A stretch of DNA of 64,000 nucleotides from Spirochaetales bacterium (GCA_016930675.1 JAFGGG010000043.1:8748-72747), one strand, 5' to 3'; numbered from the stretch's first letter, positions 9,570-19,944 are shown. Notes: a model not told the origin generated them from the letters alone. Numbers and translations are program-made.

Positions 9570-10724
9570 ATGAAAAAAATCCTTATTTTATTAATGGTGG
9601 TGAGTTTCGTATTTGCGATGTGTAAATCGACCGATCAAACAGCCACGGAAAGTTCCCTCGGCAATCCGATGCTCACTGAACCTAATCCAAATGATCCTTT
9701 ATACACAGACAATATGGCCTTTTCACCAAACGGAGACGGTAAACAGGATACCATAAAAGTGATTCCCAATTTGCAGGATACCGAAGGTGTAAGCAAGTAT
9801 GAACTGCGCATAAAGGATGCAAAAGGCAATACAGTAAAACAGATGTCAGGCGACCTCAAGGGCCTAAAAACCTATTCCTGGGACGGAAAGGACGATAATG
9901 GCAAACTCCTGCCTGAAGGTATGTACGTCGCGGAAATAACCTTGATAAATGCATCGGGAGAGAAAAAAGTTATCAATTCGAACTACTTCAATCTGGACAA
10001 CTCTCCTCCGGAAGTAGCTATGCTCCTGGCACCTTTGCCGTTCTCACCGGACGGTGACGGTGTAGCGGACACGCTTACCCTGACCTTAACGGCTAACGAT
10101 ATAAGTCCCGCGGCCAGCTGGGATGTTAAAATAAAAGATGCAAACAAAAAGTTGTTCCACACTCTAAAAGGAAAAGATACGGTTCCCGCTCAAAAAACAT
10201 GGAACGGTTATTCCGCAAACGGTACACAGGTTAAATCCGCTTCCACCTATACGGTGGAGTTCAGCGTGATTGATAGGGCGGGGAACGCGGCTTCAACGTT
10301 GGCCGAACTCCCCATTGATATTCTGGTTTTTAAAGTGGGCAGCAAACGCAAACTTTTCGTGCGCTCAATTACATTTAAAGCCTATAAGACCTCATTTTCA
10401 AACATTAATACTGGAGAGGTTAAAGATGTTGTGCGCTGGATCGCCAACATCCTAAAGAAGAATCCCAGTTATAATCTGATTGTTGAAGGCCACGCTCTTA
10501 ATATCTATGAAAACAAACCTGATAAATATCAGGAGGAAGAAGCCGTGCTCATTCCTCTGTCCAAGCAGCGGGCAAAGATCATAAAAGACCTCATTGTGGC
10601 AGAGGGGATCGACGCGGACAGAATCACCATCCAGGGCTTGGGAAGCAGCGAGCCGATCGTGGCTCCGAGCGACGCTTCAAACCGCTGGAAGAACAGACGG
10701 GTTGAGTTCCTGCTTGTAAAGTAA
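9570..10724 (+). CDS. OmpA/MotB-family lipoprotein with FlgD-Ig/CHU_C-like repeats
   Basis: AGGAGG RBS; lipobox FAMC; two FSP(N/D)GDG motifs; WDGKD motif; C-terminal LSKQRA and NRRVEF. Confidence 0.9.
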   Translation: MKKILILLMVVSFVFAMCKSTDQTATESSLGNPMLTEPNPNDPLYTDNMAFSPNGDGKQDTIKVIPNLQDTEGVSKYELRIKDAKGNTVKQMSGDLKGLKTYSWDGKDDNGKLLPEGMYVAEITLINASGEKKVINSNYFNLDNSPPEVAMLLAPLPFSPDGDGVADTLTLTLTANDISPAASWDVKIKDANKKLFHTLKGKDTVPAQKTWNGYSANGTQVKSASTYTVEFSVIDRAGNAASTLAELPIDILVFKVGSKRKLFVRSITFKAYKTSFSNINTGEVKDVVRWIANILKKNPSYNLIVEGHALNIYENKPDKYQEEEAVLIPLSKQRAKIIKDLIVAEGIDADRITIQGLGSSEPIVAPSDASNRWKNRRVEFLLVK

Positions 10725-10746
10725 ATATTTTTTTGTATAGCCAACC

Positions 10747-10776
10747 AAGGGCTGTCTTTAAGACAGCCCTTTTTTT
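10747..10776 (+). terminator. Intrinsic terminator between the convergent OmpA and Hsp20 genes
   Basis: GGGCTGTCT-TTA-AGACAGCCC followed by a T-run. Confidence 0.85.
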
Positions 10777-10806
10777 ATCAATGTTTTATCAATAATAGAA
10801 AAAATG

Positions 10807-11205
10807 TCAGGCTTTACGTGTCTTGGCCAGCATAATGCAAAGCAGACCGTCTCTGAAGCTGATGGAAATATTTTTATTTTCCACATCATTGGGAATAGTA
10901 AAGGAACGTGAAAAACTCGGCTTTCTCCGTTCTTTAAGCAAATAGATGTAGTCTCTCTCCGTCTCACCGTCTTCTTGATTTGATTGCAGGGTAATAAGTT
11001 TCTCATCGATCTTAACCAGCACATCCGTGCCGGTTAAACCGGGCAGCTCCGCTTCCAGGATATAGCAGTCCTTTTTTTCTTTTATATCAACGGCAGGATA
11101 ACTGTCGACAAAAAAAGGCGTATGGGCAAAAAAATCTTCATATTCATCGCTTAACGGATCCTGGGCCACGGCTAAATTTTCCACGGCGTCTTCCTCAGTT
11201 GCCAT
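10807..11205 (-). CDS. Hsp20/alpha-crystallin small heat-shock protein
   Basis: PAVDIKE, AELPG, ERR..SFSRSFTIP, FRDGLL motifs; AGGAGG RBS. Confidence 0.92.
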   Translation of the reverse strand: MATEEDAVENLAVAQDPLSDEYEDFFAHTPFFVDSYPAVDIKEKKDCYILEAELPGLTGTDVLVKIDEKLITLQSNQEDGETERDYIYLLKERRKPSFSRSFTIPNDVENKNISISFRDGLLCIMLAKTRKA

Positions 11206-11253
11206 ATCTTTTTCCTCCTTATCAATAACAACAGGCATTGTTCATATAATATC

Positions 11254-11269
11254 TGCAAAAACCATGCCA
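11254..11269 (-). promoter_or_regulatory. sigma54 (-24/-12) promoter of the Hsp20 gene
   Basis: TGGCATGGTTTTTGCA = GG-N10-GC, about 50 nt upstream of the start codon. Confidence 0.75.
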
Positions 11270-11360
11270 AAATAATTCAAGAATTATAATTCTATATAAT
11301 AACAGTAATTATAGATACAGCCTCAATCTCAAACAGCTGTATTTGACAAATTTTCATCTA

Positions 11361-11382
11361 ACTGTATCATTTATCATACAGT
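11361..11382. promoter_or_regulatory. Palindrome, candidate enhancer-binding-protein site
   Basis: ACTGTAT-N8-ATACAGT about 100 bp upstream of the sigma54 site. Confidence 0.45.
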
Positions 11383-11550
11383 AACTTTATTTTTGCGATA
11401 CATTCTCCCCTCAAAAGCGAAGTACTGAAAATGATAATAATTGGGCGCATACTATTGACTATCCTTTTCCTGTTTTGTTATCTTTATAATTCCATTAGTC
11501 ATGCATTAATAAATTAATTTCCCTCTTTCAAAGGAGAGATCAGAAAATAG

Positions 11551-14500
11551 ATGAAAAAAGCACAATCAACAACTAAAACCCTGGGTATTTGTCTGGGCGC
11601 GTCCACAATCTCCGCCGTGGAACTCATGCAGGAGAACAGCGGTATTTCTATTGCACAAACCATCATCCTGCCCCATGAAGGTAATCCGAAAAAAGTATTC
11701 GGCGAACTTATAGATAAATTCAAAAACAACGATCACAAGGTACTGGTAACCGGCCGAAAATTTCGTAATTTTGTACGCCTGCCTAATATTACCGAACCTG
11801 AAGCCATAGAATACGCTCTTGAGTTTATTTCCAACGGCAGTAAAAAATATGACGCCATAGTATCCGCTGGCGGTGAAACCTTTATGGTTTACAGACTGGA
11901 TCACAATCACAAGGTGGCGGGAATTTCAACAGGCAATAAATGCGCCTCAGGTACCGGGGAGTTTTTTCTCCAGCAGATAAAGCGCATGAATCTCGGCATT
12001 CATGAAGCGGTGGATCTGGCCGATAAAGGCACACCCTACGCGGTCAGCGGACGCTGTTCCGTATTCTGTAAATCCGACTGCACCCACGCCCTGAACAAGG
12101 GAGAACCGATTGCCAATGTAACCGCGGGTCTCTGCCAAATGATTGCGCAAAAGATAACCGAGCTGCTGGCAAAAATACCTCACGAAAATATCATAGTAGT
12201 GGGCGGTACGGCGCAAAACAAAGTAGTAATCGATAATATAAAAAAGGATATAAAAAACGTGCTGGTTCCTTCCGAAGCGGCTTATTTTGAAGCCCTGGGC
12301 GCCGCGCTGGCCGCTTTTAACCGCGGCAAAAAACTTTCCGCGAAGTTGTACAATGAAGGCCATTCCAGCTTTTCCTTTCTGCCGCCGCTAAAGGATTTCG
12401 AAAATTTGGTCACGTTCAATAATATTACTTACGCCAAAGCCAAAACGGGCGACACCTGCATCATAGGACTCGACGTCGGGTCCACCACCACTAAAGCGGT
12501 GCTGTTAAGGGCAGAGGATGATGTATTTCTGGCCTCCGTTTATTTACGCACCAACGGTAATCCGGTGGAGGCATCCCGTCAGTGTTACGAAAGCATTTTA
12601 AAACAGCTCGGCGGAACCAAGGTTAATATAATCGGCGTCGGAGTAACCGGCTCGGGTCGTCAGATCGCCGGCCTCTACTCACTGACCGACGGGATTATCA
12701 ATGAAATAATCGCTCACGCTTCGGCCGCCGTATATTTTGATCCTGACGTGGACACGATTTTTGAAATCGGCGGACAGGACGCGAAATACACCTATATCAC
12801 CAATTCGGTGGCTTCGGACTACGCCATGAACGAGGCCTGTTCCGCGGGAACCGGTTCGTTTCTGGAAGAAGCGGCATACGAATCATTGGGTGTCAAGGTT
12901 GAAGACATAGCCGAGCAGGCCATTCAGGGGGAGCGTCCGCCCAACTTCAACGATCAGTGCGCCGCTTTTATCTCCTCCGATATCAAAAACGCCACCCACG
13001 AAGGAATTTCACGCCATGATATTTTAGCGGGGCTGGTATACTCCATCTGCTTTAATTATATCAACAGAGTAAAAGGTTACCGCCCTGTGGGAGAAAAGGT
13101 GTTCGTGCAGGGAGGAGTATGTTATAACCGGGCCGTACCTCTGGCCATGGCGGCCATCCTACGCAAACCGATCGTAGTGCCGCCGGAACCCGGACTCATG
13201 GGAGCCTTCGGCGTGGCCCTGGAATTGAAGAAGCGTTTGGATCTGGGTTTGGTCGAGAAAAAGCAGTTCGATCTGAAAAGCATGATCGCGCGCAAAGTAA
13301 CTTATGAAAAACCTTTTATCTGCGCGGGCGGCAAGGAAAAATGCGACCTTAAATGCAGTATCAACCGCATCCGCATAGAGGACAACCTCTATCCTTTCGG
13401 CGGCGCCTGCAACCGTTATTATAATCTGCGCTTTAAAATCAAGATGGATCCGGAAGAGCTCGATCTGGTTAAGGTGCGCAACCGGCTCCAGTTCGAAAAG
13501 TACGCTCCGCCCGCGGCGGCAAAATTGGAAGGGCCGGTAATCGGGATTAACAAGAGCTTTCTCTCGGACAAGCTCTTCCCCCTCTATTATAACTTTTTCA
13601 CCGCTTTGGGTTGCAGAGTCATTGTTCCCCATGAGATGAATCATGAGGCACTGGATCGGCAGACCTCGTCAATGTGTTATCCCGCTCAGGTTGCCATCGG
13701 CTTTTTCGACACACTCACCGGCCGGAAACCGGACTACTATTTTATGCCGCATGTCGAAGAGCTGTATGTTCACAAAGGCAATACGCGAAAAGAATTTTCC
13801 TCAACCTGTATTTTTATTCAGGGCGAGGCGTTTTGGATGCGTCAGATCTTTAAGGACAAACCTTTAACAGATAAAATAATCGCTCCCACCATCAATTTTA
13901 ACGAAGGGTATGAAAAAGGCCGTCCCGCTTTTTTAGCCGTTGCCAAACAGCTTAAAATGGCAAAAAAACAGGCTGAACAAGCTTACAGCAAGGCTGTGTC
14001 CATGCAGATGGCCTTTGAAGAGGAATGCTGGGCCATCGGTAAAAAGGCTATCGAGGATCTCCACAACCAACCCGATAAAATCGCGGTTATTGTATTGGGA
14101 CGTCCCTATAATGCCTTCAGCGATGAAGCCAACAAAGGCATCCCCAAAAAAATTACCACCAGAAACCATCTGGTAATACCCGCGGACATGGTGCCTATTG
14201 ATAATGAGCCGCTGGCCTTTCCTCATGATGATTATCTGCACTGGGAAATCGGACAGCAGCTTATCAGGGTTTCCCAGGTGGCAAAGCGCGATCCCCAGCT
14301 GTTTGCCGTGTATATCACGAATTTCCTGTGCGCCATCGATTCGCTGCTCGTCACCTATTTTCGCAAGATTATGGGGACCAAACCTTCACTAACGCTCGAG
14401 CTTGACGGACACACAGCGGACGCGGGTATTAATACGCGCATCGAAGCCTTTTTGGATATCATTCACAACTATATCCAGGTACAAAAAAGCGCGCAGCTTT

Positions 14501-15891
14501 TAACTCAGAACCACTTCACACCCGCGCACATGAGTATAGAACATAGAGGAATCTTCTTTGTGGATACGGAGGGTAAACGGTTCCCGTTAAAACATCCGGA
14601 AGTTACCATGATCATCCCTTCCATGGGCGATCTGGGAAACCGTGGTTTCGCGGCTGTGTTCCGAAAACTGGGGATAAAGGCCGTGGCACTGCCTATTGCC
14701 GATATCGAAGTCCTGCGCTTCGGACGCGGAGTTACTACCTGTAAAGAATGTCTGCCCATGATCATCTGCGTGGGATCCATGCTTAAATATCTGGAAAACC
14801 ATAACAATCCGAATGAGAAGCTGGTGGTTTTTCAACCACGGGCCGCGGGATACTGCCGCCTGGGCCAGTATCACGTATACATGAATATACTTATTCGCGA
14901 GCGAAAGCTTTCCAATGTGGCGGTACTGTCTTTAGCCAATGAAGAGCGCTATGCGGGCGTGGGACCCACCTTTGCTCTCTCGGCCTGGGAAGCGATTGTG
15001 GTCAGCGATGTGATGGACGATATCCGCAATTCGATTATGGTTCTGGCCCAAGATCCAACGGAGGCCATGCGGGTTTTCAATGAAGAATACGACAAGATTG
15101 TCGATACCTTTGCCGGCAAGATCAAACATTCAATCTACCGCCAGCTTAAGCTTACCGCGGGGCGCCTGGCGCAGATACCTCTAAAAATGACCATCGAGCA
15201 GGCGCCTCAGGTCATTGTGATGGGTGAGATTTTTGTGCGCCGCGACTCCTTTTCCAACCAGAACATCGCCAAGATGCTGGCCGAGCGCGGATTCGTGGCC
15301 CGGCTTTCTCCCGTAATGGAGTGGATATACTACCTCAACTATATGATCAAACACGGACTGCACAAATCGGATCACACCCTGCTGGGCGCGCTGGAATTCT
15401 TTGTTTCCGATAAAACACAGCATATAGTCGAAAAGCGTATAAAAAAGATACTTGCCGCCTCCGGTCTTTATGAAACGGAGCTGATAGATATTGAAGATAT
15501 CGTCAATTTTTCCAAGCATATCGTACCGCCCACCTTAAAAGGCGAACCGGGCATGATTATGGGTATGCTCATGCGCGACGCCCTGAACAAATACGCCGGC
15601 ATCATCAATATCGGTCCTTTCGGCTGTATGCCCGTGCGCTTTACCGAAGCGGTAGTTTCCAACAACACGGATATGCAAAGCAAGCTTGAAGCATACGAGC
15701 AGGCGGGAGAGGACAAACAGGCTTTTATCGAGCGGTTCGTCAAGGACGAACGCATTCCTTTTCTTACCGTGGAATGCGACGGTAATCCGTATCCGCAGTT
15801 ACTGGAAGCGCGGTTTGAAAGTTTTTGTCTGCAGGCGTCCCGTGTGGCTTTGAAGCAGGGTAAACAGACTGGTATGCATATCAGTGTTTAA
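11551..15891 (+). CDS. 2-hydroxyacyl-CoA dehydratase activator/reductase fusion (Act-Act-RD-RD; PlsA/Ger-like)
   Basis: Two ASKHA activase domains (KCASGTG, GLDVGSTTTK, EIGGQDAK, EACSAGTG) plus two DUF2229/dehydratase-like domains (MCYPAQ, GRPYN, KECLP, GPFGCMP). Confidence 0.9.
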   Translation: MKKAQSTTKTLGICLGASTISAVELMQENSGISIAQTIILPHEGNPKKVFGELIDKFKNNDHKVLVTGRKFRNFVRLPNITEPEAIEYALEFISNGSKKYDAIVSAGGETFMVYRLDHNHKVAGISTGNKCASGTGEFFLQQIKRMNLGIHEAVDLADKGTPYAVSGRCSVFCKSDCTHALNKGEPIANVTAGLCQMIAQKITELLAKIPHENIIVVGGTAQNKVVIDNIKKDIKNVLVPSEAAYFEALGAALAAFNRGKKLSAKLYNEGHSSFSFLPPLKDFENLVTFNNITYAKAKTGDTCIIGLDVGSTTTKAVLLRAEDDVFLASVYLRTNGNPVEASRQCYESILKQLGGTKVNIIGVGVTGSGRQIAGLYSLTDGIINEIIAHASAAVYFDPDVDTIFEIGGQDAKYTYITNSVASDYAMNEACSAGTGSFLEEAAYESLGVKVEDIAEQAIQGERPPNFNDQCAAFISSDIKNATHEGISRHDILAGLVYSICFNYINRVKGYRPVGEKVFVQGGVCYNRAVPLAMAAILRKPIVVPPEPGLMGAFGVALELKKRLDLGLVEKKQFDLKSMIARKVTYEKPFICAGGKEKCDLKCSINRIRIEDNLYPFGGACNRYYNLRFKIKMDPEELDLVKVRNRLQFEKYAPPAAAKLEGPVIGINKSFLSDKLFPLYYNFFTALGCRVIVPHEMNHEALDRQTSSMCYPAQVAIGFFDTLTGRKPDYYFMPHVEELYVHKGNTRKEFSSTCIFIQGEAFWMRQIFKDKPLTDKIIAPTINFNEGYEKGRPAFLAVAKQLKMAKKQAEQAYSKAVSMQMAFEEECWAIGKKAIEDLHNQPDKIAVIVLGRPYNAFSDEANKGIPKKITTRNHLVIPADMVPIDNEPLAFPHDDYLHWEIGQQLIRVSQVAKRDPQLFAVYITNFLCAIDSLLVTYFRKIMGTKPSLTLELDGHTADAGINTRIEAFLDIIHNYIQVQKSAQLLTQNHFTPAHMSIEHRGIFFVDTEGKRFPLKHPEVTMIIPSMGDLGNRGFAAVFRKLGIKAVALPIADIEVLRFGRGVTTCKECLPMIICVGSMLKYLENHNNPNEKLVVFQPRAAGYCRLGQYHVYMNILIRERKLSNVAVLSLANEERYAGVGPTFALSAWEAIVVSDVMDDIRNSIMVLAQDPTEAMRVFNEEYDKIVDTFAGKIKHSIYRQLKLTAGRLAQIPLKMTIEQAPQVIVMGEIFVRRDSFSNQNIAKMLAERGFVARLSPVMEWIYYLNYMIKHGLHKSDHTLLGALEFFVSDKTQHIVEKRIKKILAASGLYETELIDIEDIVNFSKHIVPPTLKGEPGMIMGMLMRDALNKYAGIINIGPFGCMPVRFTEAVVSNNTDMQSKLEAYEQAGEDKQAFIERFVKDERIPFLTVECDGNPYPQLLEARFESFCLQASRVALKQGKQTGMHISV

Positions 15892-16895
15892 TGCAGCACA
15901 ACACGCATGATTTTATCTCTGACCGCCTCTTTAATGGAGACAAAAGCGAGACTTAAACTGGCATCTTTTTCCGAAACCCTGGCCACGCGTGTCTGAAGCA
16001 CAAGCGGTTCATCGGGCTTAAGCTTCATCAGTAAAATAAGCTCCATCCCTCTAAACGCCTTAATCCCCGGATTTTTTACCTTTGCCCCGCCTCCTCCCAG
16101 ATCGAGCAGGTAGGTATGATAGGTTTTACCGGCGGAGCCGGGCACTTTCAGGACCGCGGGAAGGTGCAGCGGTTTTCTGTAATAATTGCGGTTCTGCACG
16201 CGCTCCAGATGTTCGGAATGCGCCACCTTAAGCCGGTTGTCTCCGCTTTCAATAACATGGGTGCGTACCATATAATACCCCGACCGGGAATCAACCTCCA
16301 GCAGGATCGAATCTCCGCTCCCTGCCTCCGCTTTGGTGATTATGGTGAGTCCCTCCTCATCTATCGCGTCGATTCTTCCTTTGACCGTGCCCGCTTTTTG
16401 CAGGTTGAGTTTGACATAAATACCCGTAACAAATTCCGCGGTGGAATGCAATTGATGCGATCTTTCCCTCCCGCCGCCATGACTTTCACTTGATAATCCC
16501 AGCTTGATCCTGATTTTGGCCACCTGTTCATCGTCAATCCCTTCTTTTTCCGCCATCAGCCGGGCGCAGGTGGTGAAGGTATGCGCATGAGTGAGGATAT
16601 CACTGAGATATTTCTTGTCACGGGGAAAATAGCGGGCCATTTTTTCAACGAACGTGGTTTCTTGAGTGGTAAGTCCTCTTTTTATAATGATGTTTTGAAA
16701 ACGCTCCCGTGAGCGTTTGAGAGTTTTTCGTCTGTTTCTGATCTGGGAAATAATAAACAGCAGCAGAGCTAAAAATAAAAGCCCGAAAAGCACGGCGAAC
16801 AGAATGAATTCCAGAGGACTTTTTTGAAATCCACTGGCCACAGAATCGAAAAATTCATTCAACTTTTCGGCATCGAAAATAATTATTTGAAACAT
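15888..16895 (-). CDS. Membrane-anchored PilZ/YcgR-like c-di-GMP receptor
   Basis: N-terminal TM helix; QNRNYYR (RxxxR) and DLGGGG motifs. Confidence 0.85.
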   Translation of the reverse strand: MFQIIIFDAEKLNEFFDSVASGFQKSPLEFILFAVLFGLLFLALLLFIISQIRNRRKTLKRSRERFQNIIIKRGLTTQETTFVEKMARYFPRDKKYLSDILTHAHTFTTCARLMAEKEGIDDEQVAKIRIKLGLSSESHGGGRERSHQLHSTAEFVTGIYVKLNLQKAGTVKGRIDAIDEEGLTIITKAEAGSGDSILLEVDSRSGYYMVRTHVIESGDNRLKVAHSEHLERVQNRNYYRKPLHLPAVLKVPGSAGKTYHTYLLDLGGGGAKVKNPGIKAFRGMELILLMKLKPDEPLVLQTRVARVSEKDASLSLAFVSIKEAVRDKIMRVVLH

Positions 16896-17007
16896 GGCAT
16901 TCTATTAATAAATATAAAAACTTTAATAATGATAAACAAGCACGCCCGCAAGTAAATTAATACGCGGCATGATGCTGTTATGAAAATTATTTTATCATGC
17001 TATCCTG

Positions 17008-17262
17008 CTAAGTAACCTTATAGACAACATCATGAGATCTTATTTTTTCAGGCACTTTGATTCCCACGGCCGATCCGGGTCCGGCTTCCTGTACACTTTC
17101 ATGCTCGATCTGCATGGATTCGATTGTAAAAGTAACATCCGTGGTATGCCCTTGAACGTGCAGGGTATCGCCCACGCGAATGGTGTCATTTTCAACAGTA
17201 ATCGCCGCCACTCCGATATGGGCGAAATAATCTTCGATTTTACCAATTTTTACTTCCGCCAT
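17008..17262 (-). CDS. Small translation-factor beta-barrel-like protein (EF-Tu domain 2-like)
   Basis: IGKIEDYF.HIGVA, GDT..VQGHTTD, ESMQIEH, VGIKV..K.R..D.VYK; AGGAG RBS. Confidence 0.85.
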   Translation of the reverse strand: MAEVKIGKIEDYFAHIGVAAITVENDTIRVGDTLHVQGHTTDVTFTIESMQIEHESVQEAGPGSAVGIKVPEKIRSHDVVYKVT

Positions 17263-17377
17263 ATTAACTCCTTTATTAACTGAAATTATAGTATCAGTAT
17301 AAATGATAGCCATAAAATTTCAAGAACAGGGATTCTAAATTTGCATAATTATGTTAAAAATAGTATAAAATACCGTA

Positions 17378-18463
17378 ATGCAGCCTAAAAATTATTATTT
17401 AATATTTGTTATGTTATTACTATTCAATTGCTCAACCAATAAAGAACCGATCAAAGAGACGACCTATAATGATAAGATCGATTATATCATGACCCAATAT
17501 TTATTGAACAATTCTCAATGTGTAATATCCGAGATTGATGCCATTGAAAACGCGTCTCCCGAGCAAAGGGCAATCTTGGACTATGTAAAGGGATTATCGT
17601 ATTTTAAGTTGGGTCTTTATCACGCGGCTGTCAATTCGTTTCTGGCGGCTGAAAAGAACATTCCGATGAAGCAGGAACTATATAATAATATCGGAATTTG
17701 TTATTATTATCTGGGTGATTATGAGAATGCCCTGAGATATCTCCATGAGGCTTTTCTTTTTGACCCGGCTTATAAAATCGCCGTGGATAATTATAATCTA
17801 GTGGCATCCGAAGATCGAACGGATGAAAGTTTTCTGGAAATACCCCTTCAAGCCTTTTCGGATAACTGTTCCATATATTTATGCGCTGGCTGGATGAATT
17901 ATTATCTCGATCGGTTTCCCGATGCGGTTTATTATTTTAAAAAAGCGATTGAGATCGCGCCCGATTATGTAATGGGATATATGGCGTTAGGTTTTCTTTA
18001 CGATACCGCGAAAAATTATGCCAGTGCGTTGGAATACTATCGGCAAGCCATCGAATTGGATTCACTCTATCCCGATTTATGGAATAACATCGGAATTACG
18101 TACAGTCATTTATCAATGCCTGATAAATCAAAAGAGAGTTTTTTAAAAGCCATTGAGCTGAATAAAGATTACCCACACCCTTATAACAATTTGGGCTTTT
18201 TATACTTACATGAAGATATAAATAAATCAATCTATTATTTTGAACGTGCCCTGGCCAAGAATAATTATTATCCCGAACTGCTCGCGGAAAGCTGCGGCGG
18301 GTTGGCGCTAGCACTCTACTTTCAAGGCAGCTTGCAGAAAGCACATGAATTGAAGCAAACCGCCTTGGAGCACAATTATAAAATGAGTGAGATCATCTAT
18401 CTGAAAGAATACTTACACTGGCCGGATGATTTTATTAACATATTCATGGAACAAATAGAGTGA
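17378..18463 (+). CDS. TPR-repeat lipoprotein
   Basis: Lipobox LFNC; several YNNIG/YNNLG TPR motifs. Confidence 0.88.
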   Translation: MQPKNYYLIFVMLLLFNCSTNKEPIKETTYNDKIDYIMTQYLLNNSQCVISEIDAIENASPEQRAILDYVKGLSYFKLGLYHAAVNSFLAAEKNIPMKQELYNNIGICYYYLGDYENALRYLHEAFLFDPAYKIAVDNYNLVASEDRTDESFLEIPLQAFSDNCSIYLCAGWMNYYLDRFPDAVYYFKKAIEIAPDYVMGYMALGFLYDTAKNYASALEYYRQAIELDSLYPDLWNNIGITYSHLSMPDKSKESFLKAIELNKDYPHPYNNLGFLYLHEDINKSIYYFERALAKNNYYPELLAESCGGLALALYFQGSLQKAHELKQTALEHNYKMSEIIYLKEYLHWPDDFINIFMEQIE

Positions 18464-18471
18464 GGGCTTGA

Positions 18472-19944
18472 TTATTTTTTATCGGCCTGTAAAAATTTCA
18501 GAATATCGTTATATTCCCCTTCAGTAACCTTGTCCGATTCCCGGCAAACAGTCAGAAAATCATAAATATGCAGATACGAATGCAATGCAATCCCATGCTG
18601 TTTCAGTTCGGCTCTGCAGGTAAGCCCGCGTTCGATCAGCACAGCCAGATCGCCGACCTTAAGACCCTGCTCCTGTAAAATACTCACAGCCTGCAGCTTG
18701 CTTGCTCCCGTGGCGATGAGATCGTCCAGCAGGAGAACTTTTTCACCCGCTTTGTATTCTCCCTCCACAGGCTTCTTTGTACCGTGCTGTTTTATTTCCA
18801 TACGTGGAAACACAAGCGGTTTGTCCAGCATCAGGGCGACCAATGTGGCGAAAGGCACGGCGGCAAAAGGGATTCCCGACAAGCGGTCGAATTTAAGCTC
18901 TTTCACCATACTACAGTATGCCGCGGCCACCCGGCTTAAAAGCAGCGGATGCGAGATAATAAGCCGCAGATCGATATAAAACGGCGAGGTAATTCCCGAT
19001 TTTAAAGTAAATTTTCCCAATTTGAAACAGTCGGCATGGATAAGTTCCGATATAAGATCGCGTTTTTTCTGAGTTAGTTCCGCTTCCTGCTTTATCCGAG
19101 GTGTCTTTTGAGCACGGGCACTCCCGGCACCAACAGAATGTGCAGCAGCCGGCTTTTCTCCGGCCCGCCGCATTTCTTCCACGGCCAGCCGTGCCGCCCG
19201 AGCGGGATCAGCGGCCTGTGTTATGCCTCGTGAAATAGTAAGCAGTATGCCCATCCCGTCACTGCGCATACCCGCGACCAACGCCTGATCTATTCTGCCC
19301 CCCTGTGCGCCTATACCCGGTGCCAATAACCATACGTCGGGCACATCCTTTCTTATTTTGGCCAGCGCGTCATAATCGTTTCCGGCCACGACCAGACCTA
19401 TCCGGTCGCTCCAGCCTGCCGCCTCCCGTGCTACGCGCAGATAATACTCCCCGATACCATGAGGATCGCATACTCTGATCTCCTGCATAACTGCCGAACC
19501 GGGGTTGGAGGTACGGCAGAGCACAAAAAGCCCCCTGCCCTCGTACTCTAAAAAGGGCCCGACGGACTCTTCACCGAGATAAGGATTAAGGGTAACCGCG
19601 TCTGCCCGCAGGCGGTCAAAAATCGCGGCTGCATAGGCTACGGCCGTATTCCCGATATCACCCCGCTTGGCATCCACAATCACGGGAATCTCATCCGGGA
19701 TCAGCTTGTTTATGATGTGTTCGAGGGCCTGTAAACCATCGGGCCCGTATGCTTCGTAGAATGCTATGTTGGGTTTAAAACAGGCCGCGTACTCCCTGGT
19801 CTGCGATATAATTTTTTCCGCCCAGCTTACAAGCGTTGAAAAACTGTTTTCTGCTGCCGGTTCATCCTGCGGATCCAAACCCACACAAAGCAGCGTGTCC
19901 TTTTTTTGAATGCGTTCCTCCAGCATCCGAAAAAAATCTTTCAT
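18472..19944 (-). CDS. pyrF-pyrE: Bifunctional orotidine-5'-phosphate decarboxylase / orotate phosphoribosyltransferase
   Basis: N-terminal CVGLDP, DAKRGDIGNT, PGIGAQGG; C-terminal FTLKSG.TSPFYIDLR and LLDDLIATG PRPP loop. Confidence 0.95.
   Translation of the reverse strand: MKDFFRMLEERIQKKDTLLCVGLDPQDEPAAENSFSTLVSWAEKIISQTREYAACFKPNIAFYEAYGPDGLQALEHIINKLIPDEIPVIVDAKRGDIGNTAVAYAAAIFDRLRADAVTLNPYLGEESVGPFLEYEGRGLFVLCRTSNPGSAVMQEIRVCDPHGIGEYYLRVAREAAGWSDRIGLVVAGNDYDALAKIRKDVPDVWLLAPGIGAQGGRIDQALVAGMRSDGMGILLTISRGITQAADPARAARLAVEEMRRAGEKPAAAHSVGAGSARAQKTPRIKQEAELTQKKRDLISELIHADCFKLGKFTLKSGITSPFYIDLRLIISHPLLLSRVAAAYCSMVKELKFDRLSGIPFAAVPFATLVALMLDKPLVFPRMEIKQHGTKKPVEGEYKAGEKVLLLDDLIATGASKLQAVSILQEQGLKVGDLAVLIERGLTCRAELKQHGIALHSYLHIYDFLTVCRESDKVTEGEYNDILKFLQADKK

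Noticed and set aside
11361-11382. LexA SOS box (CTGT..ACAG)
   Set aside because: Spacing is N12 rather than N8, and the neighbours are not SOS genes.
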